This document shows, piece after piece, positions 24,900-36,989 of a stretch of 64,000 bases of DNA. A model generated the notes under the pieces. That model did not search any database, had not been told where the DNA came from, and was given only the letters and a program-made list of their open reading frames with translations. Origin of the DNA: Moniliella sp. 'wahieum' (Eukaryota); contig RSEE01000003.1 in the NCBI GenBank assembly GCA_003971905.1, positions 620,001-684,000 of the forward strand, in the 5' to 3' direction. Both the position numbers and the translations under genes were made by a program. Position 1 is the stretch's first letter; every line of letters begins with the position of its first letter.

Positions 24900-27550
24900 A
24901 TGGTTTCACCACTAGATGCTGTAGTTCAATGGCACAGGCATTGCACAGTGCCCTGCGCTGAGTGGTATCTTTGGCATGATGTATGAGAACGTAGTGCTCG
25001 GCAAGGCAAGCCATACGGTGCGAAGAGCTACATCCTATGGCAACATAGGATCAAGAAGAGTTCTCGTGTCTGGTAGTGCTATAGTTCTGAGCCAAAATAC
25101 ATTGGGTGACAACTTAAGATGCAAATCCACACGCAGAGGAACGGAAATGTATTTCGCTGGGCGGGGATGTAGAACAGCATCCCTAAACCCGATTGGTTTT
25201 TATAGCTCAAACTACAGCGAAGAGAAGACTGGTGAGACCTGCGAGGCTGATAGTAAGAGGGAATCCTAAATTATTAGCACTTAGCAGCGCTTAGCGCGGG
25301 ACAATAGAACGGTGTACCAGCAGTCTCGTCTTCTCTATACGGAGGGAACAGAAGCTCCGAAAGTTGTTCTGTTCCTCGCAGCGTTACCATACTCGGTACG
25401 CTCTAGTAGGCGGGAACAGACAGAGTCCTAAAGAAGAGCAAGTGCTACTTATGAGAGTAATCGCGGCTTGCAGCGTACTCGACGTAAGTCCTAGAGGTCC
25501 TTAGATATGGCTGCTTAATATATACAACAGAAGAACCAGGCCTCAAGTGCCCCATGACAGGTATAGACAGAATGCGGGGGGCACTCCCAGAGAGGTAAAG
25601 ACTAATGCACAGCCCATGCTCTCAAAGGCGCTAACGCTGCATAGTCGGAGCAGCAGGAAGGTTTCTTCCAAGACTGGACGCAATGGGCACAAAGCATCGT
25701 ACCGCTCATGCAGCTCATGAGCCCATGCGACCATGGCGGGCCGCGGATCATATCCGCAGCATGGATAAGGTGTCGACTGGCTCTCTCTCGCTAGTCTAAC
25801 AGGACTGACGTGTGTTAGGCTGTGAGATGTCTACGACATGCGGGGTTCAGCATCCGGAGATAAACGGAGCGCCTCGTAAGAGATCCAAAGGCACTATTCC
25901 TCTGAGGTCACGTAAAAGTCGGCCAGGGTCCCGGCACCGCCCCGGACCCTTTCCATTTGGAAATCTCCTTGATAATGAGCGATATCGACGAGATTCAAAG
26001 CGTGTGGCCCTAAGTTAGCAAGGAAGTACGTCGAGAGCAGTGCCGCAAATGATTCCAAGGTTGTCAAGATTGTTGTGGAAGGGGCTGCAACCATGGATAT
26101 ATAATAGATGCCAGGAATTACATCAGTGGTGCTAAGGGCCTCCCCTATCTCCTCATCTTCAAAGGTTCCCCTGGTCTCACTGACGCTACCGAATACATTC
26201 TCTTCATCGAGGACTATGTGTATGACTGCTGGTCACTACATGGTTACCTACTGGTAGCATTGCTCTCGAAGCCAGCGGGACATGCATGGTACTAGCCCTC
26301 CCACATCGTACACTTATATGTGCACTCACTACAGGGATATCGGGGAGACTGGTGAAATACCAGACTTTAAAAGGGGGACCGTGATGAATATAAACTACCC
26401 GAATTTGGACTGAAGCGGGAACCGATATTGAAGCCGGGGGAGACTGAAGTCTGTGGGGGGGAAAGCTCGATAGGTTGAATTCAGGAATGCCGAAACACTA
26501 AGCGACAGCTGAGATGTGGAAAGCTGTGAGAGCCAGAGGACGGAAAGTACCAAGCAGGCAACTAAGAGGAGTAACTTTGCTCTCTTCTACTCTGCGGATT
26601 CATTGACGATGGGAACCAAAAAGCGGACGATAACTCCGCGCGACGGTGGCCTCTTATTGAACGTTTTGATGACCACAATAGTTGCATTTATTGATGTTTT
26701 TTTGTAAGGTAAATACCCTTATAAGCAGCCGTTGAACCGACGGAAGAGAGGCGTTGACGATGTTGTGCCTGTGTATGGAGGAGGGCGTTGAATATTGAGA
26801 TCTCTGAGAGAGAGGACCTGTGAAAAAAGTTACTCACACACCAATAAAACACTCCGACTTTTCCCTCCTGTTGTGATTTTCCCTTCCAGACCAAATGTCA
26901 CATTGATACCACAGTCCTCAGCCGCTCAACTTTGTACTTGAGGCCTGAGGGACGATGAGATCTGTAGTTGAGCGACGTTGAGATCTCCGAGGTCAAAACA
27001 GAGTGACGAAAAAAATTACAAACAGGCTATTCCATATATCACTTCCTCGTGCATTGACATGATGCTCGAACACAGCTCTATACGTCGGTCTCTCTCTCCC
27101 CTATCTCCCCCTACGCCGTGTCTCCTCTCTCATCTTTAATGCATCACGAAGAGAACACAGCTGTCACACGACTCCTTTTGAATTTGGAGCGCTCAGCCTG
27201 CTGAGCTGCGCTTGATGCACACGTCACAGAGGGTTCGCCAAACGGATTATGTTGTTTATACCACTGTTGGCGCGGTTGCAAAATACCTCGCGGCATTAGC
27301 GCTAGCATTTCGTCGTCATTCCTTCTTGTCTCCGACTCTCTCCCATCCGTACCCTTTCTTTGTTGGGAATATTTCTCCTTTGAACAACAAAGACCCCACC
27401 TTCCCTCATTTCTCTCGTCCTCCACAGCCCCAACGTCACGACCTACACGTTAGATATGAGCAGCAGCAGTACCTAGTAGCCGACGACCAAGCCGAAACCG
27501 CCGGATAATCAGTGAGCGAACCTGGCAGGCGCGGCGTTTCTTGTCCCTGG
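24900..27550 (+). ncRNA. Candidate very large structured non-coding RNA (identity unknown; telomerase RNA is one hypothesis)
   Basis: No credible ORF; a dense series of nested 7-11 bp helices, GNRA tetraloops and + strand G-U pairs (see findings). Boundaries approximate. Confidence 0.6.
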
Positions 27551-28162
27551 TAGATAAGAGATTGTCGATTAGATTTATTTATTCCCGGTTGTTATCGATG
27601 ATCATGCATGTCATGGTCACAGGTCACGCGTCACGCGCGTCACGGGCTACTACTTCCTAGGTACTGTGGTACTCGTGACCGGTGATGCCTGTGATGTGGT
27701 GATATAGCGCGGCAGCGGCGCTCACAGTGTCAATTTCCAACTTCTTTGTATTCGGATCAATACCGGGGCAGCAAGCGCCACACTTCAGCTTCACCTGACT
27801 GTGCCGCTATAGTGTCGCCGGGTCAACTCACATGTCATTTTTGCTTCACTTGCTTCACTAGTTCAGCACTGAGGCTCAGCCTCATTGATCATCAAGCTTC
27901 AAGCCTTCGGCTAAAGCTTGAAGACGCGCCACTGAGCAGCTGTACCCGTGTTCCTGTACCTATTACAACGTACTCCTTTGGAAGGTGTGGTAATTGATAA
28001 GCCCAACACGCTCGCGACTTGGGGGTTTTAGTGCGAGTGGGGCTGAAAACGCTGAATCAACAGGGGCGGAGAGTGCGCGAGTTGCACATCGTATAAAAAG
28101 AGTTGGCCCTGCTCTCACATGACCGTTATCCCCTCTCTCCTCAAATCGCCACTCCAACAATC

Positions 28163-30135
28163 ATGAGCCACCCTCTGGACGTGGAGAAGGCGCAAGTCGA
28201 AACCAAGTCGCTCGATGGCGGTAGCCATCAAAAGCTGGGGCCCTCTGTTGAGGATGTAAGAACGCTGGCAAGGGATACAAAACCAGCAATCGAGCTCATT
28301 CCTCTCGACCTGGGCGGTGCGGCTGCTGATGTGGCCGCAGAAGGCAATTACCAACATTTCTCCATGTTGGGTTTGCTTGGGATCGCCTATGCCATCCTCA
28401 ATTCTTGGAGCGCCAACTCTGGTTCGATCTACATTGGCCTTAACTCTGGAGGACCCGTTGGCGTATTGTGGGGCACTTTAGCTGCGACAGTGGGAGCAAC
28501 AGCCAACGCTGCATCCCTCTCTGAACTCTGTACGCATACTCTCTTCTGCCTTGTCAAGTTCACCCCATCACTACAGTCAATGAGGGGCGCTGACACACTG
28601 TACCATTTTCGATGCAAGGTCATGTTTGGCCCACCCAAGGTGCCCATTACAGTTGGACATTTGCATTGCACCGCAACACGCGCTGGACGCGTTTTCTGAC
28701 CTCAATGGTAGGTTGGACCACATTGTGCGGATGGATTGCCCTTAGTTCTAGCGCGCCACTGCTGGCAGGGCAATTTGTGGCGTCTGCGGTGACTCTATAT
28801 CATCCAGATTGGGTGCCCACTCACTGGTCCATCTTTGTCGTCTATGTATTTCTCATCCTTTGGTCTACTTTTATTACTGTCTTTGGTGTCCGCATCCTCA
28901 ACACCTTCAATAAGGTATCGCTTTGCTGGAGCATCCTTGGCTTTCTCGTCATCTTTGTCACTCTTCTCGCCTGCTCCAACTCGCGCTTGCGCAGTGGCGA
29001 GTGGATTTTTGCCACATTTCTGAACGAAACGGGCTGGCCAGATGGGTTAGCTTGGATCATGGGGCTGATGCAAGCACAATACTCCTTAGTCGGAGCTGGT
29101 GCGTTGATCTCCTCTCATGCATGCCAAAAACTTAGGCACTGACACACTCTTTCCCTTTCTGCTTCTAGATGGGGCCGCCCATTTGGTTACTGAGATCCCT
29201 CGGCCCTCTATGTACGCGCCATTGGCCATGGGGCTTCATGTGTCATTGGGGGGTTAACATCCTTCATCCTGTTGATCGCAGTATTAGGGGCAATCACTGA
29301 CCCCACCAGCGTGGTGGAGGCGCAGGGAGGAGGGTTTCTCATTGTGTGTTACCAGTCCCTTCGCAACTTGGGTGGGACGATATTTTTGGGCGTCGTGGCA
29401 TTTGGAACGCTCTTCTTCACTTTGCCAGCGTTGATGATCACTACCAGCAGGATGATCCAAGCGTTTGCGAACGATCGCAATTTTCCTCGGTTTTTGGGAA
29501 AGACGTCCGAGCGGTATGAGGGGCCGGTTTGGGCCACTCTTTTCAACCTGTTTTGGCTATTTGTCTTTGGCTGTCTCATCTTTTGCCCTAATCAACAGAT
29601 CCTTCCCGCGATCCAAAGTGCCTCTGTCGTTCTTCTTCAGATCTCCTACATGCCTTGCGTTTTTGCCATGCTCTTCTGGGGGCGAAGAATGTTGAATGAG
29701 CGAGGCGTTGAGCGCCGCTGGTCTCTGGGACGATGGGGACCAGCCGTCAACGTGGTCTGCCTTTGCTATCTGCTCCTGACCTCGGTCTTGTTTTGCTTTC
29801 CATCCGTCTATCCTCTCAAATCGGCGACGGAGATGAATTTTGCTTGCGCCGTAATTGGAGTGGTCGCCGTCTTGGGGTTGGGAGTGTGGACTTTCTGGGC
29901 CCGCTCCCGATTTCAAGGTCCTGCCGAATTTTTCGAAGGCCCAGTGCGGCTCCAGCCTCTTTTCTCGACACATACTAGCTCTTCTTCAACACCCTATACC
30001 ATTTGTGGTGTGTGCACAACGTGGACAAAAAGGACCCGCGATATATATTCAGGTGAATACACTGTCATGAATCTCTATACTGCATCCATATCATTGACAG
30101 AGCTTAAGGCTGGGACAGGGAAACGCTACGCCTAA
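28163..30135 (+). CDS. APC-superfamily amino acid/choline/GABA permease
   Basis: FSMLGLLGIAYAILNSW, GLNSGGPVGVLWG, SLSEL|CHVWPTQGAHY, FLNETGWPDGLAWIMGL, SRMIQAFAND, LGRWG, MNFACAV. Introns 28530-28618 and 29099-29169; the true stop may lie earlier (~29980). Confidence 0.9.
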
Positions 30136-30254
30136 CCGACCCGTTTATCTTGCTTGTGTTACTTGGTAGCGCCACCCCTGTTAATGAACCAGAGGAATCG
30201 CCAGGAGATCAGGACCCTCTGGTGCCCACCATCCGTTCCCATACCAGAGGTATA

Positions 30255-30975
30255 CTAGCGCGTGTGGACACGGATGAACATGGTAGACATCCGAGCGAGG
30301 AACCATTTCCACTGTTGAAAGTCAGTAATAGTCAAATCCTTCCCGTATGCAAGTATCTTGCCCTCTGTCTTGGTGGCGTAATATCCTCGCGTCATCAAAA
30401 CCAGGGGGAGAAAGGCACCAGGGGGAGAAAGGCTCTTGAGAGTGCATCCCTGGTACTTGGCGTTCTTGTCGCATTCTGCTTGTTTCAGCAGCCGAAGCAG
30501 CTCCCTCTCCCGGCGTTCCAAAGGCGTCGCGGTAGTGCCCTCATACACCACCCTCCGGTACGCATTCTGCGCGCCTGCGTTTCCATGTCGCGCAGCGTGT
30601 GGTCCACCTCCATTCCTGATCCTCCGATTGCTCCAGACCCCATCACGCGGTAGTCGGTGCGCAAGGCCCTCCGTCCCCGCCTCGTCCCATCCTCATCCAC
30701 CACAGTAGGTTCGTTGTGGACGTGGGTGTCGGGGATGGAGCGCACGAGCTGGAGAATGGGCTCCCGCACTGCCTCATGCAACGCACCGAACTTGGCCTGA
30801 GAGTGCGGGTGCAAGCCATGATGTGCTCCAGCGAGGACATGAAGCCGCACTTGCACATGCTGCGGGTGGAGTGGCACAGCGTGCGGAGCTGGAGACCCCC
30901 GGTACTTCAGCGTTCTTCTAGGCAAACTCCACTCTAGAAGCCACCTTTCCGATCAGGTTCGCTTGCCCTCCCTCG
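30255..30975 (-). mobile_element. 5'-truncated fragment of a CRE/Cnl1-like non-LTR retrotransposon (CCHC + restriction-like endonuclease)
   Basis: Across three frames: GLQLRTL..CKCG.....EHIMAC (CCHC), LHEAVRE, HVHNEP, RTD, EVDHT, AECDKNAKY, FLPLV...G, the RLE motif order. No RT domain present. Confidence 0.72.
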
Positions 30976-30981
30976 CCCCTC

Positions 30982-31394
30982 GAGGTATGGCCACACGCAT
31001 CCCGTGTCATGGTGTTCGTGCTTATCGTTAGCAAGGGTCTGCTTGGCCAAGAGAGGGTGTCGCAATGGAGGTTGGGACGAGGACGATCTCAAGCGCTCGA
31101 GAACGAGGTATGGCGCTTGAAATGCCTGAAGGCGGACGGGATGGCGAAGGTGAGAAGGTGGGACTGGGATCTGGGAGTCGTTCTATCGTTCTAGCTTTTG
31201 AACAGTGACTATGACATGTGACATGTGACATGTCACTAGCATGTCACCCAGCGTCATCGATCGCTATCAGGCGTCCTCGTGACACTGTCATCGATCACCA
31301 AATGATCGAATCATCGAATCGGCCATCGACCTAGCGTTCCTTGTCTCTCATCTGTGCTCTTCGTGCCTGCACCCCCCGCCTCAGGCACGATCAC
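30982..31394 (+). repeat. Dispersed repeat, copy 1 (inverted relative to 45126-45587)
   Basis: Colinear match to the reverse complement of 45126-45587; about 14 differences in the best ~150 nt block by eye. The short ORFs 31009..31194(+) and 45372..45560(-) are homologous. Confidence 0.9.
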
Positions 31395-32042
31395 GTAATT
31401 GGTGATCGATGATCCCCCTGTCTGTCATGCTCCAGCGGGCTGCAGCAGCTGCCACAGTGCCAGCCCCCGCAGAGCCAGTGTGGATCATCCGTCGCTAGCA
31501 TCCAAAGCCACGCTTACGGGCTCACGCGTCACGCGTCCGGGGCGGCCTGTGCGGGACTACGTGTATGCGGCAGTGTGGATGGGATAAGCATGCCCAACGG
31601 CAGCCGGCTGACGGCGCACCCTTGCCGGGGACGTCACACTGGCGCGGTGCCTTCCCCGGATGCCAGTCGGGGCTGCTTAAATTACACACCCACTCGCGTG
31701 CAATTTGAAAGCATCCGCAGTGGGCCGCACCCGCCCCTCACCGCCTTCCCCTTGCTGCTGCCCCGCAGGCACGGCAGCGCACTGCCCCCGCCCAGCCCCC
31801 ACGTAGGGTTGCGACTTGGCTTTTTTCGAGCGCAGAGCCACCCTATCTCTCCTCGCATGCCCTGCCTCGCACTGCACCGCACGCGTCTCATCGCTCCGCT
31901 CTCTGCATCCACTCGTCCTCCTTCCCTCTGTCCTTCCATCCCTCCGTCCCCCACCCATCCCCGCATCCTCCCTACTCGTCCCCATCCCCCGCGTCCACGA
32001 CGGCTGCGCTGGCGCTCCCCCTCTGCCTGCCCCTGCTGGTCC

Positions 32043-35000
32043 ATGAGTGCCCGCACGCGCGCCGTCGGCAGCGGCCCCCACCGCCTCTGTCCTCCGTCCC
32101 CCCTCCATGCCCGACACTCTCCTCCCGGCGCCCCTCCACGCCCCGCCACCCCGTTCTTCCCACACCAAGCGCCCGCGCAAGCAACGCCAGCCCATCTCCT
32201 GCACCGAGTGCCGCCAACGCAAGCTCAAGTGCGTCGCCTGCCCCTAACCTTGTCCCCCCCCCCCCCTCCCCCCCGATCCACTGACCTCCTCCCACCAGGT
32301 GCGACCGGCACATCCCAGGATGCTCGGCCTGTGTCAAGCGCAAGCTTCCACTCGACCGGTGCAAATTTGGCGACGAGCGCGACTACGAGACGTCTGAGCA
32401 GCGCCTGACCCGTCTCCGCAAGCTCGAGGAAGGAGAGCGTCGCCGTGCCCACCGCAAAGCCCTCAAGGCCGCTCGAAACGGTGCAGCCACCTCTCGATCC
32501 CTCTGGCCACACACACGACGACGACAACGACGACTCGGACGAGAGTGACGATGACGAAGACGACCCCACTCTACCCAAACGGTCTCGTAATGAGTGGGGA
32601 AGCCCTCAGGCACCGGCACCAGCACCGGCCCCAGCTATGCCCCCCGTCACCCTCCCTATGCCCTTCTCTCCGTCCGGCCTTCCAGCCAGCAGCAATCCCC
32701 ATCTGCTGCCGCCCATGCTCAGCTGGCCGTCCATGCTCGTAGTCAAGCTGCGCAAATCCACGCCCAGGCTCAAGCTCAAGCCCACGCCCAGGCTACTGTG
32801 CTGCTGTTGCTGCTGTAGCTCTTGGTCAATATCCGTCGTACCCAAATGTTGGAGCGGCGTATGGGAACCAATTCGTGCCTCGTTGTCTCCTCCAGGCGAC
32901 GCGGCTGTCCCGCCCACTGCGGCGCAGAATGGGTTACAAGCACTGATCACGGCGCTAGGCTCCTCTGACCCCAGCTTGAACGGATTGCCGCACCCCCCCC
33001 ACTCCGCCCCAGCTTCTGCACCAGGGGTATCGACGAAGGTAAGCCCAGTCTCGGGCCCATCAGCAGCGCTGCACCCAGCCCGCATGTGCACCCACCCTCT
33101 GGTCCGCGCAGCCAATCGCACCACCGTCCCTCGAGTCCCCGTCGGGGGGGTAGGCCCGCCTTTGCTATTGTGGCCGAGGCAGCTCACCTTCGTCGGGCAA
33201 GGTCCATGTCGCGTCTCCCATCCTCGGGGCCACATTCGCACTGGAGGTCCGGGAACGAGCATACGACCGAACTGCTCGATGCACTTGGAAACCAGGACAC
33301 GACCAGTGCTGTTTTGGGCCTGCAGCGTCTGTACCGCGAGGCAAGGCAGAGCACCGCAACTGGCTCTGAAGCGCTGGAACGGAGGCGGTGAAAGGAAATT
33401 GCCTCGCCTTCGGAGCAGGGTACGGTTGGAGCCTGTCGAAGGCGAGGCGGAGGAGGAGGAGGAGGAGGGGAGGAGGAGGAGGAGGAGGAAGCTATGGACC
33501 TAGCACCATTTCGACCCCACCACCACCGGTCTGCCTCCAGTCCTGGGCTAGACAATCGTGTGCGTCGGGCCAAAATATCTATTCCCGATCGAGTTCGTCT
33601 GACGAGGAGGCAAGGGGACGCCCACGAGGACGCCCTGTTTCACGTGGCGATGCAGGAACCATGGCAGCGATTGGCACCATTGATGAAGCCCCCTGGTCCC
33701 CGACGTGCATGACGATCTTTCAGCGTCGGCCAACCAGGTCTCCTCGAATGGTGGACCAAGGCCGGAAGATACAACAAGTGAAATGCCTGGTCCCGAATCG
33801 AGGCGTCGAGGATCCGATTCACACCGGGCACAGACTCCTGCTCGTTCGGGAGTTAGTTCGCACCCAGGGAGTGCCAGTGCCACACCTGGCCCAACGGGCG
33901 TCTTCCTGGCGTTGGGCTGGGCGGTTTGGGGATGGGAAAACAAAACGCAATGCCAATGCATTATTGGCGATTGGGGAGAAAGTGCTACAAAAGAATTCAC
34001 TCAATGAAGCCAAAGCCAAAACGCGGCTCTTGCGCTTCTGCCCGGCAAACCCCAGACGGTACAATTGATCAACATGTACCTCGAGGAGTTGGGGATGATC
34101 ACGCCGTTTGTGCGCGTGGACTTTGTGATGAAGGAGCTGGATCTTCTGTATGACTCGGTTGCTGGGTGCTTTGGTTCCAAGGGGGCGAATGTGCTTCCTA
34201 CCATTGTTGAGGATGGGCCCAGTGGGATGATTCGGCAGCGACTTGTGGACGCAAATGACGGTGCGTCGATGCTCCGCCTTCCCCCCGCCCGGCAGCCGTG
34301 GTGCAGCCGGTGGTAGGGACGGGGCCCGGTGCTGGGGAACCTCAGCCCCGTTTGACGTTTTGGCGTATGTCTTGTTTTGCGTGAGTGCGATTGTGGAACT
34401 GCTGCCTTCGACCACCATCATCTCTTTCAATTTGGTCCGCAACAGTGATCAGATCTCTACCCTCCTCCATGATTGGCTGGATGCGGCACTGGAATGTCTC
34501 GAAGCGAACGAATTGGCAGCCCACCCTTCTCTCGAAGGAGTCCAAGCGAGCTTAGTGGCCGTCATCACATTGGCCCACCGTTTCCGTCACGAAGACTTGC
34601 TCAAGCTGTGGATGGGAGCATGCGTGCTGCTCGTCGATTGGCTTTGGACCGTCTTGGCTCGGCCGCCGATCTACCTGCCTACCCTGGTCAGACAGGACGA
34701 CTTATCGCTCCGTCCGGACTGGGATGAACGTGGGGTGGGGGTGGCGCCGGGCCCGGCCCCACGTCCTGACTTGGATGCTTCACTGGACAAGAGCCAGCGG
34801 AAAGCGTTACATTGGTGGGTCGATCCCGATGTTCAAATGAGCATGGACAAACCTTGAGATTGGCGGGCGGTGTGGAGTGCGCTGGCCATGGCAGACTGGA
34901 ACCACTCGGGTTTGAATGGGTCCTACTCCATCCGTCCGTACAGCTACACTACGTGCCCCCCTTATGCCCCGACACCAGAAAGCAGTCAGAGGGGCATGCC

Positions 35001-36989
35001 TAGCCCGCATGACGCCTGGCTTGGGCTGCTAGAAACCGCTGATGTGGCGCGGCAAGTGCATGAGTTGACGATCCAGGCCGAAGTGATGGGGGAAGAGGTG
35101 GACTATCAAGAGGTTCTCAAGCTGGACGCCAAGTTGCACGATGTCCTAGAACAACGTGCGTGGACTAGACGCGAAACTGATCTAACCTTTGGACAAGAAG
35201 CTCAAAAACAACCTGGACATCAAACGGCTCCAAAAGCAAGCGAGTCTCATCCGTGCCACTGTCCATTATCGCACACTTAAGCTACACCGTCCATTTATGA
35301 GCAAGGGGTACCGTTCCCCGGACCAGGCCTTTGTTGCCTCGGTTCCTCGCGCACTCGACTCAGCACGTCAACTCGTGATCGAGGCGCGTCTGATGGCAGC
35401 CAACGACTGGATTTCCCGGCGAGATCGGATTCAGCGCTACTACCTCTTCCAAGCTTGCTTGGCCATGATCACCGACTTGTGGTACCGCCCGCGCACATTT
35501 TATCCTCTGTCCCACCCCACCCTCCCGGCCTCCAGTGCACCAGATCCGGCTCGGCTGAGCGCACATGCGAGTGCAGATATCCCGAAGGAAGAAACCGCCG
35601 TCAAGTCACCCGCCAGCGTGGGTGAAGGGGAGCAAGGGGCAACGCCAAAAGCCATTTCGGACGCGGGATTCGCTCCCTCGGCGCCATTGGAACCGAGCTT
35701 GATTGGGTTTGACAGTCCGGAAGAAACAAAGGAGATGGAGGACAACCTGACCTGGATCATCGATCGCTTGAAGGACGAAGGCCAAGCGGTGGAGGGATCA
35801 GTTCTGCATGGCGTGAGTAAAAACCTAAAACGTCTTATGGCGGCCACAGTTCAGCATGGGCTTCAACAACAAATGTTGCGTTCGCAGCACCATGCGTCCC
35901 CTGCCCCCTTTCCTGTACAAGGAGGGCCAGATTCGATGGGAGAACAGACCAAGCAGACTGAACCGCCAGACGCGCTTAGTACAGCGCACCTGTCCGATAC
36001 GGCTTCTCTCTCTCCCCCGCAGTTATCCATGCGCCCAGCGTGGTGACTCCGAGTCTGGATGCGAACCTCCCGAGCGCCACCGTGCCCCTCGCCTCTCACG
36101 GAACCGATGACGACGAGATGGTGCAACTGATGGACGCGCGTCTGTCCCGCTTGGCCGATATGACGCCCCAAACATGGAGCACGCAGTTGGGGGGCCTTGG
36201 AGGGCTGGGAGCGTTGGTTTCGCTCGGTGGCCTGAGCGGCCCTTCGGGACTGGGCGACCTCAACTCCCTCACCCACCTCAATGGCCTCAGCGCATTGTCC
36301 CACCTTTCCTCTCTGGGCGCGCTGGGCGTAGGGGCGCAGCTCAACTCGCTCCAGCTCCTGCAACAGCTGCAACACCTCGGCGCTCTGCAAGGTATCCAAG
36401 GTCTACAGCAAAACCTACAACACTTGGCCAGTGTGAGTCTGCTTGGAGCAGCAGGAGCCGGCGCCGGTGGTTCGGCTCCTGTCGTCCCTGCAGAACCCAG
36501 TGCCGCCGCGCCACACCCTACGCCTGCCCCACTTTCGACATGGCCCGGCGCGCCCGCACCTCCCACCCCGAGCTCAACGTTGCTCGCTGCGACACCTAGC
36601 ACGCCTGCCCATGGATCGCAAGAACTCCTGAGCTACTTTTTGTCTGGGGGACGGGACACGGTCCCTACGCCGTCCAGTACACAGCCGGCCTTGGTCCTCT
36701 TGCTCCTACCCCGGCCCCGACGGGAGCAGATGGCGCCTCTCCCACCGCCGCACCTCGACGCGGGGGACAACGGTCACCCTCGTTGGCGTATGCTGGTTTG
36801 CCCAACATGACGCCGTCGTTGATCCACCCCCCGCTTGGCGCTTTGGACAACAGCACTCACCCGTCCATGTTCCCCCCCGGAGTAGCGTGGGAACAAGCTT
36901 GGACCGAGCTGTTTGACACGCTCGAAGGTGACGCCCAATCGGTCGCTGGCACATCCAGTTTGTCTGGCACCCGGGACGCAATGAGTTGA
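32043..36989 (+). CDS. Zn(II)2Cys6 fungal transcription factor
   Basis: ISCTECRQRKLK|CDRHIPGCSACVKRKLPLDRC after splicing intron 32229-32298; fungal TF middle region (LKLHRPFM, SARQLV); Q/A/G-rich tails. Start codon uncertain; many frameshifts. Confidence 0.88.

Noticed and set aside
25543..26094. Short minus-strand ORFs (66 and 63 aa) as a degraded gene
   Set aside because: No recognisable motifs, stops in all frames, and the sequence is better explained by + strand RNA structure.
26376..26452. Possible box C/D snoRNA (GTGATGA..CTGA..CTGA with 4-bp stem)
   Set aside because: No rRNA complementarity recognised, and the segment is explained as the 3' strand of a long arm pairing with 26139-26170.
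24910..26780. Group I or group II intron interpretation of the structured region
   Set aside because: No GUGYG start, no canonical domain V, no convincing P/Q/R/S elements, and no host gene is interrupted.
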